Assembly: GCA_031409275.1 (NCBI GenBank)
Contig: JANNXA010000005.1
Span: 1 to 51,317, forward strand
Direction of reading: 5' to 3'
DNA from: Planctomycetota bacterium
GTDB lineage: Bacteria; Planctomycetota; B15-G4; SIAN01
Length of the DNA: 51,317 nucleotides
The notes beneath the pieces are model-generated. The model searched no databases. It saw only the letters and a program-made list of their open reading frames with translations, and had not been told where the DNA came from. Positions 18,179 through 26,944 of this stretch are shown piece by piece (the stretch's first letter is position 1; the number at the start of each line of letters is the position of its first letter). A program made the translations under genes and the position numbers.

Positions 18179-20977
18179 TCACTCGAACTGGAGCTCCTCC
18201 GCGCTCGATTCGACCAGCGTTCCATCGAAACCCGTCGCGTAGCCGCGCAGCGACCAGCAGAGTCCGCTCATGCCGGGCGGAACGACGCTCGAGTCGCGAA
18301 ACGTGCCCAGCGTATCGCAGAAGCCGAAGTCGAGGAACTGCTCGAACGGCACGGCGTCGATCGCCTCGAGGTAGATGCCCGCGAACGCGCCCGCCGGCGC
18401 GCCGCGCACCTGACCGATCACCCGCTCGCCGACGGCGACGCTCTGCGGCACGAGCTCGAGGAAGAGGGAGGGGAGCGACCACACTTCGACGCTGCCAACC
18501 CGATCGTGCGCGCCGGGACGAGCGTCGTCGGGCGTCACGACCGCGAGCTCAGGGCGCCCGCAGCCGCTTCTCGAACCACCGTCGCGGCGTGTCGATGCGA
18601 GCACCGCCCCGAACGTCGGCCGAGCGGGCCCGATCGTCGAAAGCAGCGCCCCGTTCGCCAACGAGTGGAGCCGGACGCGCGAACCGCTGTGGAAGTTGGT
18701 CGTCGAGGCGAGTTCGGGTGTGCCGTCGCCGTTCACGTCGTCGACCACCACCACGCGCTGTCCGAGCCTCTCGTACGCCTCACCTTCGACGCGCAGCAAT
18801 TCGTGCCATCGTTTGCCGGCCATCATTCGGACGCGGCCACCAGAATCGACGCCGCCGGCGACTTCGCAGAGCAGCAGCTCACCGAATCCGTCGCCATCGA
18901 CGTCGTCGACCCCCGCCACGTCGGTGCCGAGCGCCGCAGCAACGCTCAATCCAAACCATTGGCGCACCAGCTTGCGAAGCGCGCCGTTGATCACCTGCAC
19001 GCGCCCAGCTCGCGCGTAGAAGCCGCTGGCGTTGGGCGCACCAATCGCCCAGTCGGAGACACCGTCACCGGTCACATCGCCGAGCCACGCGAGCGCGAAG
19101 CCGTAACGCTCGTCGTGCTGGACGCCATCGAAACGGTGTAGCAGCGCGCCCGTGGAGAGGTCGAAGAGGAGCGCTCGGCCGGGGACGCGAGCGCCATCCG
19201 GCGCCATCGGTTGTCCGACCAGTAGTTCGATCGGACCACCGTCTGGTGCTCCGCACGCCAAATCCGACACGGGCTCGTCAGCGAACTCCTCGGTGAGCGC
19301 GAGGACGAGCCCGCCATCGACCGGCGAGCGGATCTCCACGACGCCGCGCCCGCCGATCGCGAGCTCGCCGATCCCATCGCCGTCGAGGTCACGCAGCGGT
19401 TCGATCGCTAGCCCGAAGCGATCGTCAAGCGGCGTGCGCGTGATGCGGCGCAGCAGCGTGCCATCGGCCCCCGAGCGCAGGGCCACGCTGCCGGAGGACC
19501 ACCAGTCGACCTCCCCGATCGCGAAGTCGACGATCCCGTCGCCGTCGACGTCGTCGCACCACACCGCTCCGCCCTGCAGGCGGTGCTGTGTGTCGTCGCC
19601 GAGCCGCTGCGCGAGCAGCGCGTCATCGCGCAGGTTCCACGCCAGCACGCCGCCATCCGACGAGGTTGCCTCTGAACCGATGTCGCCGATGACGAGATCG
19701 GGTACGCCGTCCTGATCGAGATCGCGACCGCCGGCCAGCGCGTAGCCGAACTGTGGCTTTCGCGGGAAGCTAGGAAGGGGAACGCGGCGGCCGGCGATTC
19801 GACGCAGCACCGCGCCGCTGCGCAACGAGAGGAGCGCGACCTCGAACTGCACCTCCAGCGATCCCGAATCAAGGAGGGTGTGGCGCGCCAGCGCGAGCTC
19901 CGGAACTCCGTCGCCATCGAGGTCGCCGGCGTCGACGACTCCGCCCGCGAAGTGTTCGACTTCGGAGGCGAAGTGTCGCAGCGTCGCGCCGCTTGCGCTC
20001 GACACCACCCAGAGTTCGCTGTCGAACGGAGTGTAGTAGTCACTCTTGCTAACGAAGCCCGGCCGCACCAGCGCGAGATCGCGCCAGCCGTCGCCGTCCA
20101 CATCGCCGATGGCTGCGACCCGCGTTGGCAGCTTCGACCGGCCGTACTTGTCGCGCACGTCGAACGCGAGGCGGTTCGTGAGGTCGCGTCCGCTGACGAT
20201 CGTGCAGGAGGGCGGTGGATCGCCCATGCGCGAGTCGAACTCGTCTTCGCGCGGGAGGCCGAGCGCGGCGATCTCGCGCACGCCGTCGCCGTCGAGGTCG
20301 TCGAGCGCCGCGAGCCCGACGATCGATGTGGTGAATCCCGCGGGCGCGATGCGCGTCGCGAGCTGCGAACCATCCCGCGTCGAGCGCAGAGTGATCAGCG
20401 GCGGCGGCAGCTCGGACCCATACCGTCCGATGTCGTAGAAGGTCGCGACGGCGATCTCGCTCGCGCCATCCCCGTCGACATCGCCGACGGCGTCGAAGAG
20501 CGTTCCGAGTGCGGTGCCGTAGGGCAGCGGTGCGAGTTCGCCGAGCGGCGCGCCCGTGGCGCTGCTGCGCAGCAGGATGCGGCCGCTACCGTCGGCGGCG
20601 TCTGGCGCTCCGATCGCAAGGTCTTCGAGACCGTCGTTGTCGAGGTCGGTGATGGCGACGACGCGCGTTCCGAATGCCGTTCCAGGTTCTCCGACGATCT
20701 CGGCCAGAAGCGCGAGGTCGATCCCCGAGAGGACGCGGACGCGGTTCGCCCCTGGCGCTCCAACCAGGATTTCGTCGACGCCATCGCCGTTGCGATCCGC
20801 AAGCCAGCAGAGGCTCGTGCCGAACTGTTCGCCCGGCGTCGTGTCGCCGAAGAACTCGAGGCGCCGCTCCTGTGCACGCGCGCTCCCGTTCACCGAGCCG
20901 GTGCTGATCGCGACGACGCCGATTGCGAAGCCGACGACACCACGCCACGTCGCGCGAAGACGCGAATGAATCCACAT
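18179..20977 (-). CDS. Secreted FG-GAP repeat protein (double propeller) with conserved C-terminal domain
   Basis: Start chosen at MWIHSR (GGGGGA upstream); signal peptide ..ARA/QE; DxDGDG repeats; ends GTLVESSAEELQFE. Confidence 0.86.
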   Translation of the reverse strand: MWIHSRLRATWRGVVGFAIGVVAISTGSVNGSARAQERRLEFFGDTTPGEQFGTSLCWLADRNGDGVDEILVGAPGANRVRVLSGIDLALLAEIVGEPGTAFGTRVVAITDLDNDGLEDLAIGAPDAADGSGRILLRSSATGAPLGELAPLPYGTALGTLFDAVGDVDGDGASEIAVATFYDIGRYGSELPPPLITLRSTRDGSQLATRIAPAGFTTSIVGLAALDDLDGDGVREIAALGLPREDEFDSRMGDPPPSCTIVSGRDLTNRLAFDVRDKYGRSKLPTRVAAIGDVDGDGWRDLALVRPGFVSKSDYYTPFDSELWVVSSASGATLRHFASEVEHFAGGVVDAGDLDGDGVPELALARHTLLDSGSLEVQFEVALLSLRSGAVLRRIAGRRVPLPSFPRKPQFGYALAGGRDLDQDGVPDLVIGDIGSEATSSDGGVLAWNLRDDALLAQRLGDDTQHRLQGGAVWCDDVDGDGIVDFAIGEVDWWSSGSVALRSGADGTLLRRITRTPLDDRFGLAIEPLRDLDGDGIGELAIGGRGVVEIRSPVDGGLVLALTEEFADEPVSDLACGAPDGGPIELLVGQPMAPDGARVPGRALLFDLSTGALLHRFDGVQHDERYGFALAWLGDVTGDGVSDWAIGAPNASGFYARAGRVQVINGALRKLVRQWFGLSVAAALGTDVAGVDDVDGDGFGELLLCEVAGGVDSGGRVRMMAGKRWHELLRVEGEAYERLGQRVVVVDDVNGDGTPELASTTNFHSGSRVRLHSLANGALLSTIGPARPTFGAVLASTRRDGGSRSGCGRPELAVVTPDDARPGAHDRVGSVEVWSLPSLFLELVPQSVAVGERVIGQVRGAPAGAFAGIYLEAIDAVPFEQFLDFGFCDTLGTFRDSSVVPPGMSGLCWSLRGYATGFDGTLVESSAEELQFE

Positions 20978-21206
20978 GGACTTTCCCCCGAATCGCGGAC
21001 GAACACCCGATGGCCGGGCGGCGGCGGTGAGCGATTGGCAACGGTCGTGCCGGCGGGGGATCCGGCCGTTCGCGGCGGGTTCGATGCGGTCGCGCGGCGA
21101 AAGCGGGCGGCGGCGCACGTTCGGGGATCGTGGTCGAGCGGCGAGTGGCGAGCTCACCGTCTCGGCATCAGTCGTTCCGTCGGTTCCGATTGGGTCGGAG
21201 GAGCGC

Positions 21207-23894
21207 CTACTCGAACGTCAGCACCTGCGCCTGCGAGTCCTTGAGCTTCCCGTCGAAGCCGATGCCGAAGCCCTGCACCGTCATCGTCAATCCGGCGAGC
21301 CCCGGTCCGACATCGCCGCACGCGAAGTACTTGCCCTGCCCGTCGAACGTCGCGAGCCCGATCCACTGATTCACCGGCGCGCCATTCACGTCGAGCAGCA
21401 GCAATCCCGCCGCAGTGAAGCTTGGCCCGCCGCGCAGGTGTGCGTAGACGGTGTCGCCGTCGCGCGCGATGGCAGGCTCGAACTGCAGCAGCAGATCGTC
21501 GAGGGCGATCAGCCACGCGCGACCGGTGAGAGTCGGGCCGTCCGGGTCGATCGCCAGCAGGTCGTCGACGGCGTCGCCGCTGGTGGATCCGAGCTGCCAC
21601 GGCGCCGCGGCCGCGAGGAGTTCGAAGCCGGCGTTGCCGTCGACCGGCACGTTCGCGAGCAGGCGACCGTGGTCGCCGTCACGAAGCTCGAAGCGCCGCG
21701 GCGCCAGCGCCAGCGCCGCCCACTCGTCAGCGCCGTCGCCGTTCAGGTCACGCAGCGAGACGAGTTTCGTGCCGAGCCGGTCGCCGGGCGCGGCTCCGAC
21801 CACCGTCGACAGCTGGTTCCAGCTTCCGCCGGCGAGGACGGTCACGGCGCCCTCGTCGTTGGCGCCCCGATCGCTAGCCGCAACCACGAGCTCATTCAGG
21901 CCGTCGCCATTCAGATCGCGCAGTGATGCGAGACTGCTGCCGAAATGGTCGCCCGCCAAGCCGAGGTGCGAGGCGAGCGTGCCGCCCGCGTTGCCCGAGA
22001 CCACCAGCACGCGGCCCGCCTCCTTGCCGCCGGCGCCGTGGCGCGGACCGCCGAACGCCCAGTCGCCCGTGCCGTCGCCGTTCACGTCGCCGATCCAGGC
22101 GACGCTGCTGCCGAGTCCTTCCGCGAGCCACGCGCCCGTTTTTCGGAACTGCTGCACGCCGCTCGCCGCGTCGAAGACCCAGACGGCGCCGCCGCCGGTC
22201 GAGCCGAGGCTCGAGCCGGGGGCGCCGATCGCCAGGTGGATCGCGCCGGACGGGTGCACGCCGGCCGCCATCACGCCGCCGAAAAGGTCGCTGCCGCCGC
22301 TGCCAGCGAAGCTCTGCAGCACGCCGCCGCCACTGCTCGAGCGCACCTCGACGCGCGGCGCATTGGTGAGCGTGTCGAGGCCGATGGCGTAGTCATCGTG
22401 GCCGTCGCCATCGAGGTCGGGCAGCGCCACCAGTGCGCCGTCGGGACGCCCGCCGACGCGATGGTCTGCAAGGGTTGAACCGTCACGGCCCGAACCGACG
22501 CGCACCGAATCACGGACCCCGCTGAACGCGAGGTTGGCGGCGACGAAGTCGTTCGCTCCGTCGCCATCGACGTCGTCGAGAGCAGCGAGCGCGCCGTCGA
22601 ACAGCTGGTCTTCGCCCTCGCCGTTCTGCTGGACGTACACGGTCCCGCCTGGCCACATCCGCTGCTGGACGGCACCCACGATGAGACCGCGGTCGACCCA
22701 GTTGGGATCGCTCATCGTCATGTCGCGAAGCCCGTCGCCATCGACGTCGAGATCGCACAGCGTCGCGAGGCCGAACAGGCCGTTCGTCGAGCCGCTGAAG
22801 GAGTCGAGCTCTGCGCCGTCGCTTCCGCGATGGAGCGAGATCGAAGTCTCGAAGTTGAAGCGAGTGAACTGGATGGTGAGCACCAGCTCGGTAAGGCCGT
22901 CGCCGTCGCGATCGCCGATGTCGCGCGCGACCGTGAAGTCGGAGTTCTCCGGGCCGTCGACGACGAGGAGCTCGGCGCCGTTCGCGCTGGAGAGGACCAG
23001 CGCACGGCCGGGGGCTGCGAAGAGGTTCCGGCGCGCTCCGATCAGCAGGTCGCCGCGGCCGTCGCCGTCGCGATCGGCCGTCGGCGCGATCGTCGTTGCC
23101 CGATAGTTGAGCCGGCTGCCGGCATCGAATCGAACGGCCAGCAGCTCGCTGCCCGTCGCTGCCGACACGACGCGCACGACGTCGCCCACGAAGGTGGCGG
23201 AGTCTTCGATGTCGACGATCGCGAGGTCGGCGATTCCGTCGCCGTCGATGTCGCCGACGTTCGCCATCCGGTCGCGATCGCCGAAGTGCGCGCGGGCGCT
23301 CGCGCCTTCGAACGACTGGAGCAGCAGGAAGTTGGCGCCAGAGAACACTCGGACGACGCCGCGCTCTTGCTTGCCGTGCGCCGACTCGAAGGGCGAAGCG
23401 ATCACCACGTCGCCGAGGCCGTCACCATCGACGTCGCCGAGTCCCACGACGTTGGTGCCGAATCCGTCGAGCGGATTGGGACGGCTCCACTCGTGCAGCA
23501 GTGCGCCGTTCACGCCGGAAAAGGCGCGCGCCGCGTTCGCACCAGGCGCGCCGACGAGGAAGTCCTGCGTGCCGTCGCCATCGATGTCCCCGCCGTCCGC
23601 GACGCTGTGGCCGAAGCCCTCGAGCGGGGCACCCGACAGCTCAAGCAGCGTCACGAGGCTCTTTCCGGAGACCACGTGGACGCTGCCTCCGTTGACGGCA
23701 GGATGAGCCTCTGGGTTGCCGATCAGCAGGTCGCGCACGCCGTCGCCATCGAGGTCCGGGAGCGCCGCCATCGACTCGCCGAAGTGACCGGTCTTGAGCC
23801 GCCCGGCGACGCTCCAGCGCTCTTGTTGCGCCGCAAGCGCCGGAGCCAGCGTGAGGAGCGCGCAAAGGGCGGAGGTGCGTGGGCGCAAGTTCAT
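21207..23894 (-). CDS. Secreted FG-GAP repeat protein (double propeller) with conserved C-terminal domain
   Basis: Start MNLRPR with GGAG upstream; signal peptide ..LAA/QQ; 12 canonical and 2 degenerate Ca-loop repeats; ends GKLKDSQAQVLTFE. Confidence 0.88.
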   Translation of the reverse strand: MNLRPRTSALCALLTLAPALAAQQERWSVAGRLKTGHFGESMAALPDLDGDGVRDLLIGNPEAHPAVNGGSVHVVSGKSLVTLLELSGAPLEGFGHSVADGGDIDGDGTQDFLVGAPGANAARAFSGVNGALLHEWSRPNPLDGFGTNVVGLGDVDGDGLGDVVIASPFESAHGKQERGVVRVFSGANFLLLQSFEGASARAHFGDRDRMANVGDIDGDGIADLAIVDIEDSATFVGDVVRVVSAATGSELLAVRFDAGSRLNYRATTIAPTADRDGDGRGDLLIGARRNLFAAPGRALVLSSANGAELLVVDGPENSDFTVARDIGDRDGDGLTELVLTIQFTRFNFETSISLHRGSDGAELDSFSGSTNGLFGLATLCDLDVDGDGLRDMTMSDPNWVDRGLIVGAVQQRMWPGGTVYVQQNGEGEDQLFDGALAALDDVDGDGANDFVAANLAFSGVRDSVRVGSGRDGSTLADHRVGGRPDGALVALPDLDGDGHDDYAIGLDTLTNAPRVEVRSSSGGGVLQSFAGSGGSDLFGGVMAAGVHPSGAIHLAIGAPGSSLGSTGGGAVWVFDAASGVQQFRKTGAWLAEGLGSSVAWIGDVNGDGTGDWAFGGPRHGAGGKEAGRVLVVSGNAGGTLASHLGLAGDHFGSSLASLRDLNGDGLNELVVAASDRGANDEGAVTVLAGGSWNQLSTVVGAAPGDRLGTKLVSLRDLNGDGADEWAALALAPRRFELRDGDHGRLLANVPVDGNAGFELLAAAAPWQLGSTSGDAVDDLLAIDPDGPTLTGRAWLIALDDLLLQFEPAIARDGDTVYAHLRGGPSFTAAGLLLLDVNGAPVNQWIGLATFDGQGKYFACGDVGPGLAGLTMTVQGFGIGFDGKLKDSQAQVLTFE

Positions 23895-24017
23895 GGCGGA
23901 AACTCCGAGCGCCGAGGCGACTGGCGCGCCGCAGGCCGGCACCACTCGGCCGCGGCGTACCGTAGGCGGCTCGTTCCGTATTGGCAATGGACGGCCGCTG
24001 CTTGGCGCCGCGTGTGG

Positions 24018-24257
24018 CTACTCGAACGTCAGCACTTGCGCTTGCGAGTCTTTCACCTTGCCGTCGAAGCCGTAGCCGTAGCCTTGCAGCGTGATCGTGA
24101 GACCGGCGAGGCCGCTCGGCCCGGTGTCGATGTCTCGCAGGAGCGCGGCGCCGAACTGCTCGCCTTCGGACGTGCTGTCGACCTTCCACACGGTCTGCTG
24201 TGCGGGCGTCAGGCTGGACAGCAGGACGAAGAAGCTGGCAATCGAGTGCATGCGCAT
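24018..24257 (-). CDS. 79-aa internally deleted FG-GAP paralog (signal peptide + N-terminus fused in frame to the C-terminal tail); may be a pseudogene
   Basis: GGAGAG SD; signal peptide then QQTVWKVDSTSEGEQFGAAL, which matches paralog N-termini, joined to PSGLAGLTITLQGYGYGFDGKVKDSQAQVLTFE, which matches paralog C-termini. Confidence 0.75.
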   Translation of the reverse strand: MRMHSIASFFVLLSSLTPAQQTVWKVDSTSEGEQFGAALLRDIDTGPSGLAGLTITLQGYGYGFDGKVKDSQAQVLTFE

Positions 24258-24385
24258 CGGGGCTCTCCGAAGGGTGCCGGTTCGCTCGATCGTGTCCGCC
24301 CGGCGCTGGTTTGGACAGCCATCTCGCCCCGCTCGTAACCATTGGGCCGCTCGCTACCGTCTCCGCCTTCCTCGAGGAGCCACGC

Positions 24386-25516
24386 ATGGGCAGCAAGCTT
24401 CGCATCGGCATGGTCGGCGGCGGGCCGGGCGCCTTCATCGGCGGCGTCCATCGCATCGCGCTGCAGATGGACGGGCAGTTCGCGCTGGTCGCCGGCGCCT
24501 TCAGCTCCGATGCGGCGAAGAGCCAAGAGACGGGTGGCGAGCTTGGACTGGAGCCCGCGCGCACCTACGGCAGCTGGATGGAGATGCTCGACGGCGAGGC
24601 GAAGCTGCCGGCCGAGAAGCGGATCCACGCGATCTCGATCGTCACCCCGAACCACGTCCACTTCGGGCCGGCGAAGGCGGCGCTCGAGCGCGGCTTCCAC
24701 GTGATCTGCGACAAGCCACTCTCGATCACGGTCGAGGAGGCGGAAGAGCTCGAGCGGCTGGTCGCGAAGACGAAGCTCCGCTTCTGCGTCACGCACAACT
24801 ACACCGGCTACCCGATGGTCCGCCACGCGAGGAACCTCGTGCATTCGGGGCGCCTCGGCGAGATCCGCAAGGTCTACGTCGAGTACCTGCAGGGGTGGCT
24901 CTCCGACCGGCTCGAGGCGACCGGCCAGAAGCAGGCGGCGTGGCGCAGCGATCCGAAGCAGTCGGGCGCGTGCGGCGCGATGGGCGACATCGGGACGCAC
25001 GCGGCGAACCTCGCCGAGCACCTCACCGGCTCGCGCCTCGACTCGCTCTACGCGCAGCTCACCACCTTCGTGCCGGGGCGTGTGCTCGACGATGACGGCA
25101 TGGTGCTCTTCAAGCTGAAGTGCGGCGCGAACGGGACGCTCGCCGCATCGCAAGTCTGCGTCGGCCGCGAGAACGCGCTGTCGATCCGGCTGTTCGGCAC
25201 GCAAGGCGGCCTGCAGTGGGAACAGGAGAAGCCGAACGACCTCTTGGTCTGGTGGAAGGACAAGGCTCCCGAGCTCTACCGCCCCGGCAACGGCTGGGTC
25301 GACGACGAAGCGAAGACGCTGCAGCGCATCCCCGCCGGCCATCCCGAGGGCTACCTCGAGGCGTTCGCCAACCTCTACCGCTCCTTCGCGCGCGCGATCC
25401 GCGGCGAGAAGGACATCGCGTCCGCCTACCCGTCGGTCAGCGACGGCCTCGCCGGCATGAAGTTCCTGCGCGCTTGCGTGAAGAGCAACAAGGAGAACAC
25501 ATGGGTCACCATCTGA
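24386..25516 (+). CDS. Gfo/Idh/MocA family NAD(P)-dependent oxidoreductase
   Basis: GAGGAG SD; LRIGMVGGGPGAFIG, IVTPNHVH, HVICDKP, GDIGTHA, PAGHPEGYLEAFAN. Confidence 0.92.
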   Translation: MGSKLRIGMVGGGPGAFIGGVHRIALQMDGQFALVAGAFSSDAAKSQETGGELGLEPARTYGSWMEMLDGEAKLPAEKRIHAISIVTPNHVHFGPAKAALERGFHVICDKPLSITVEEAEELERLVAKTKLRFCVTHNYTGYPMVRHARNLVHSGRLGEIRKVYVEYLQGWLSDRLEATGQKQAAWRSDPKQSGACGAMGDIGTHAANLAEHLTGSRLDSLYAQLTTFVPGRVLDDDGMVLFKLKCGANGTLAASQVCVGRENALSIRLFGTQGGLQWEQEKPNDLLVWWKDKAPELYRPGNGWVDDEAKTLQRIPAGHPEGYLEAFANLYRSFARAIRGEKDIASAYPSVSDGLAGMKFLRACVKSNKENTWVTI

Positions 25517-26853
25517 TGGCGGGGATGTGTCGTACCGCGATGGTGCTCGGCGCCACGGTTCTTGCCACCCCTCCCGCCCGTGCCGAGCTCGGCCTCACGC
25601 CCGTCGCCGGGTTCGACGGCCACCTGTTCAGCTCGTACCTCTACGCGACCACCTTCTTTCCTGACACCGGCTTCGACCTGTGGCGCGAGCTGACGCTGCT
25701 GCAGTACGGCGATCCGCATGGACAGGTCGGTCTCGTGGTCGACCACACGGACGACCTCTACCTGAAGCCCGACTTGAAGGTGATCGTCGAGGCGAACGAC
25801 TTCATGGGCGAGTCGGAGCTCGCTCACGAGCTTTCCGTCGCGTCGGTGCATCGCTTCTTCCCGAAGATCGATTGGGATTTCGAGAAGCTGCGCGCGCTCG
25901 ATGAGGAGCGCGTGCTCACCATCAAGTTCCGCGTCGAGGTCGACGGCAAGCCGTTGCGCAAGCTCACGCTGCCGGTGCGCCTCCATCCGATCCACGACTG
26001 CCCGTTCGAACTCTCCGGCATCGACACGGACACGCTGCAGGCCGCGGCGCCAGGCAGCGATGGCGCGATGAACATCGATCAGAACTGGATGTTCGCCGCC
26101 TACGTGAACGAGCGCCACCCGACGATCGTCAACGAGATCCTGCCGGCGCTGACCGAGCAGGGCTTCGTGCGCGACCTCACCGGTTATCAGGCGGGGAGCA
26201 CCGACGCGGTGCACGCCCAGGTGCTTTCGGTCTGGAAGCTGCTGCGCGAGCGAGGCATCCGCTACTCGAGCGTCGGCACGTTGCGCGCCGGCGGGCACGT
26301 CGGCTGGCAGCACGTGCGCACCATCGAGCGGAGCCTCGCCGCCGCGCAGGCCAATTGCGTCGACGGCAGCGTGCTGATCGCCTCGATCCTCGCGGCCATC
26401 GGCCTCGACCCGTTCCTCATCACGACCCCCGTCCACTGCTACCTCGGCTTCTTCCTTGGCGCCGCGAAGCCCGATGGCACGCGCGAGTTCAGCCTGCTCG
26501 AGACGACGATGTTGGGCGCCGAGGTCGACCCGGAGAAGTTGCCCGCCGAAGCGCTCGCCGACTTCCGCCGCATCGCGCGCGGCCCCGGCAGCAGCGATAC
26601 CAGCCCGCATGACGAGGATCCGCTGATCGCGTCGTACGTCGGCGCGCTGCTGGCCGGCATGCGCAACTACACGAACGACCAGCCGCATCTCGAGCCGCCG
26701 CCCGCCACGGCCGCGGTGGATGAAGCGGCCGAGGAAGAGGCCGGTGACGAAGCCACCGCGCCGCCCGTCGTGGTCCCGAGCCCCGAATGGGGCTACGCGA
26801 TGGTGAAGATCAGCGAACTGCGCGCGAAGGGGCTCGGCTCGATCCGGCGGTGA
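25516..26853 (+). CDS. Secreted hypothetical protein with transglutaminase/papain-like Cys-His motif
   Basis: ATG overlaps the upstream TGA; signal peptide ..ARA; ANCVDGSVL...PVHCYLG...LETT. Confidence 0.6.
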   Translation: MAGMCRTAMVLGATVLATPPARAELGLTPVAGFDGHLFSSYLYATTFFPDTGFDLWRELTLLQYGDPHGQVGLVVDHTDDLYLKPDLKVIVEANDFMGESELAHELSVASVHRFFPKIDWDFEKLRALDEERVLTIKFRVEVDGKPLRKLTLPVRLHPIHDCPFELSGIDTDTLQAAAPGSDGAMNIDQNWMFAAYVNERHPTIVNEILPALTEQGFVRDLTGYQAGSTDAVHAQVLSVWKLLRERGIRYSSVGTLRAGGHVGWQHVRTIERSLAAAQANCVDGSVLIASILAAIGLDPFLITTPVHCYLGFFLGAAKPDGTREFSLLETTMLGAEVDPEKLPAEALADFRRIARGPGSSDTSPHDEDPLIASYVGALLAGMRNYTNDQPHLEPPPATAAVDEAAEEEAGDEATAPPVVVPSPEWGYAMVKISELRAKGLGSIRR

Positions 26854-26899
26854 AACGAACCGGGCCGCCCCCGGCTCTTGCGAGCGAGGGGCGGCCCGG
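26851..26899 (-). terminator. Rho-independent terminator between convergent genes
   Basis: 12-bp stem CCGGGCCGCCCC (26860-26871) / GGGGCGGCCCGG (26888-26899); inner GCTC/GAGC with a GCAA loop on the minus strand, followed by TTCGTTT. Confidence 0.7.
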
Positions 26900-26944
26900 C
26901 GCAGTGGACTTCGATCAGGAATCTGCGGCGTTCGACGCCCCGGG

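Noticed and set aside
9429..24385. FG-GAP array as an integron cassette array or shufflon
   Set aside because: No integrase or recombinase in the window, and no conserved attC-like or inverted recombination sites between the genes.
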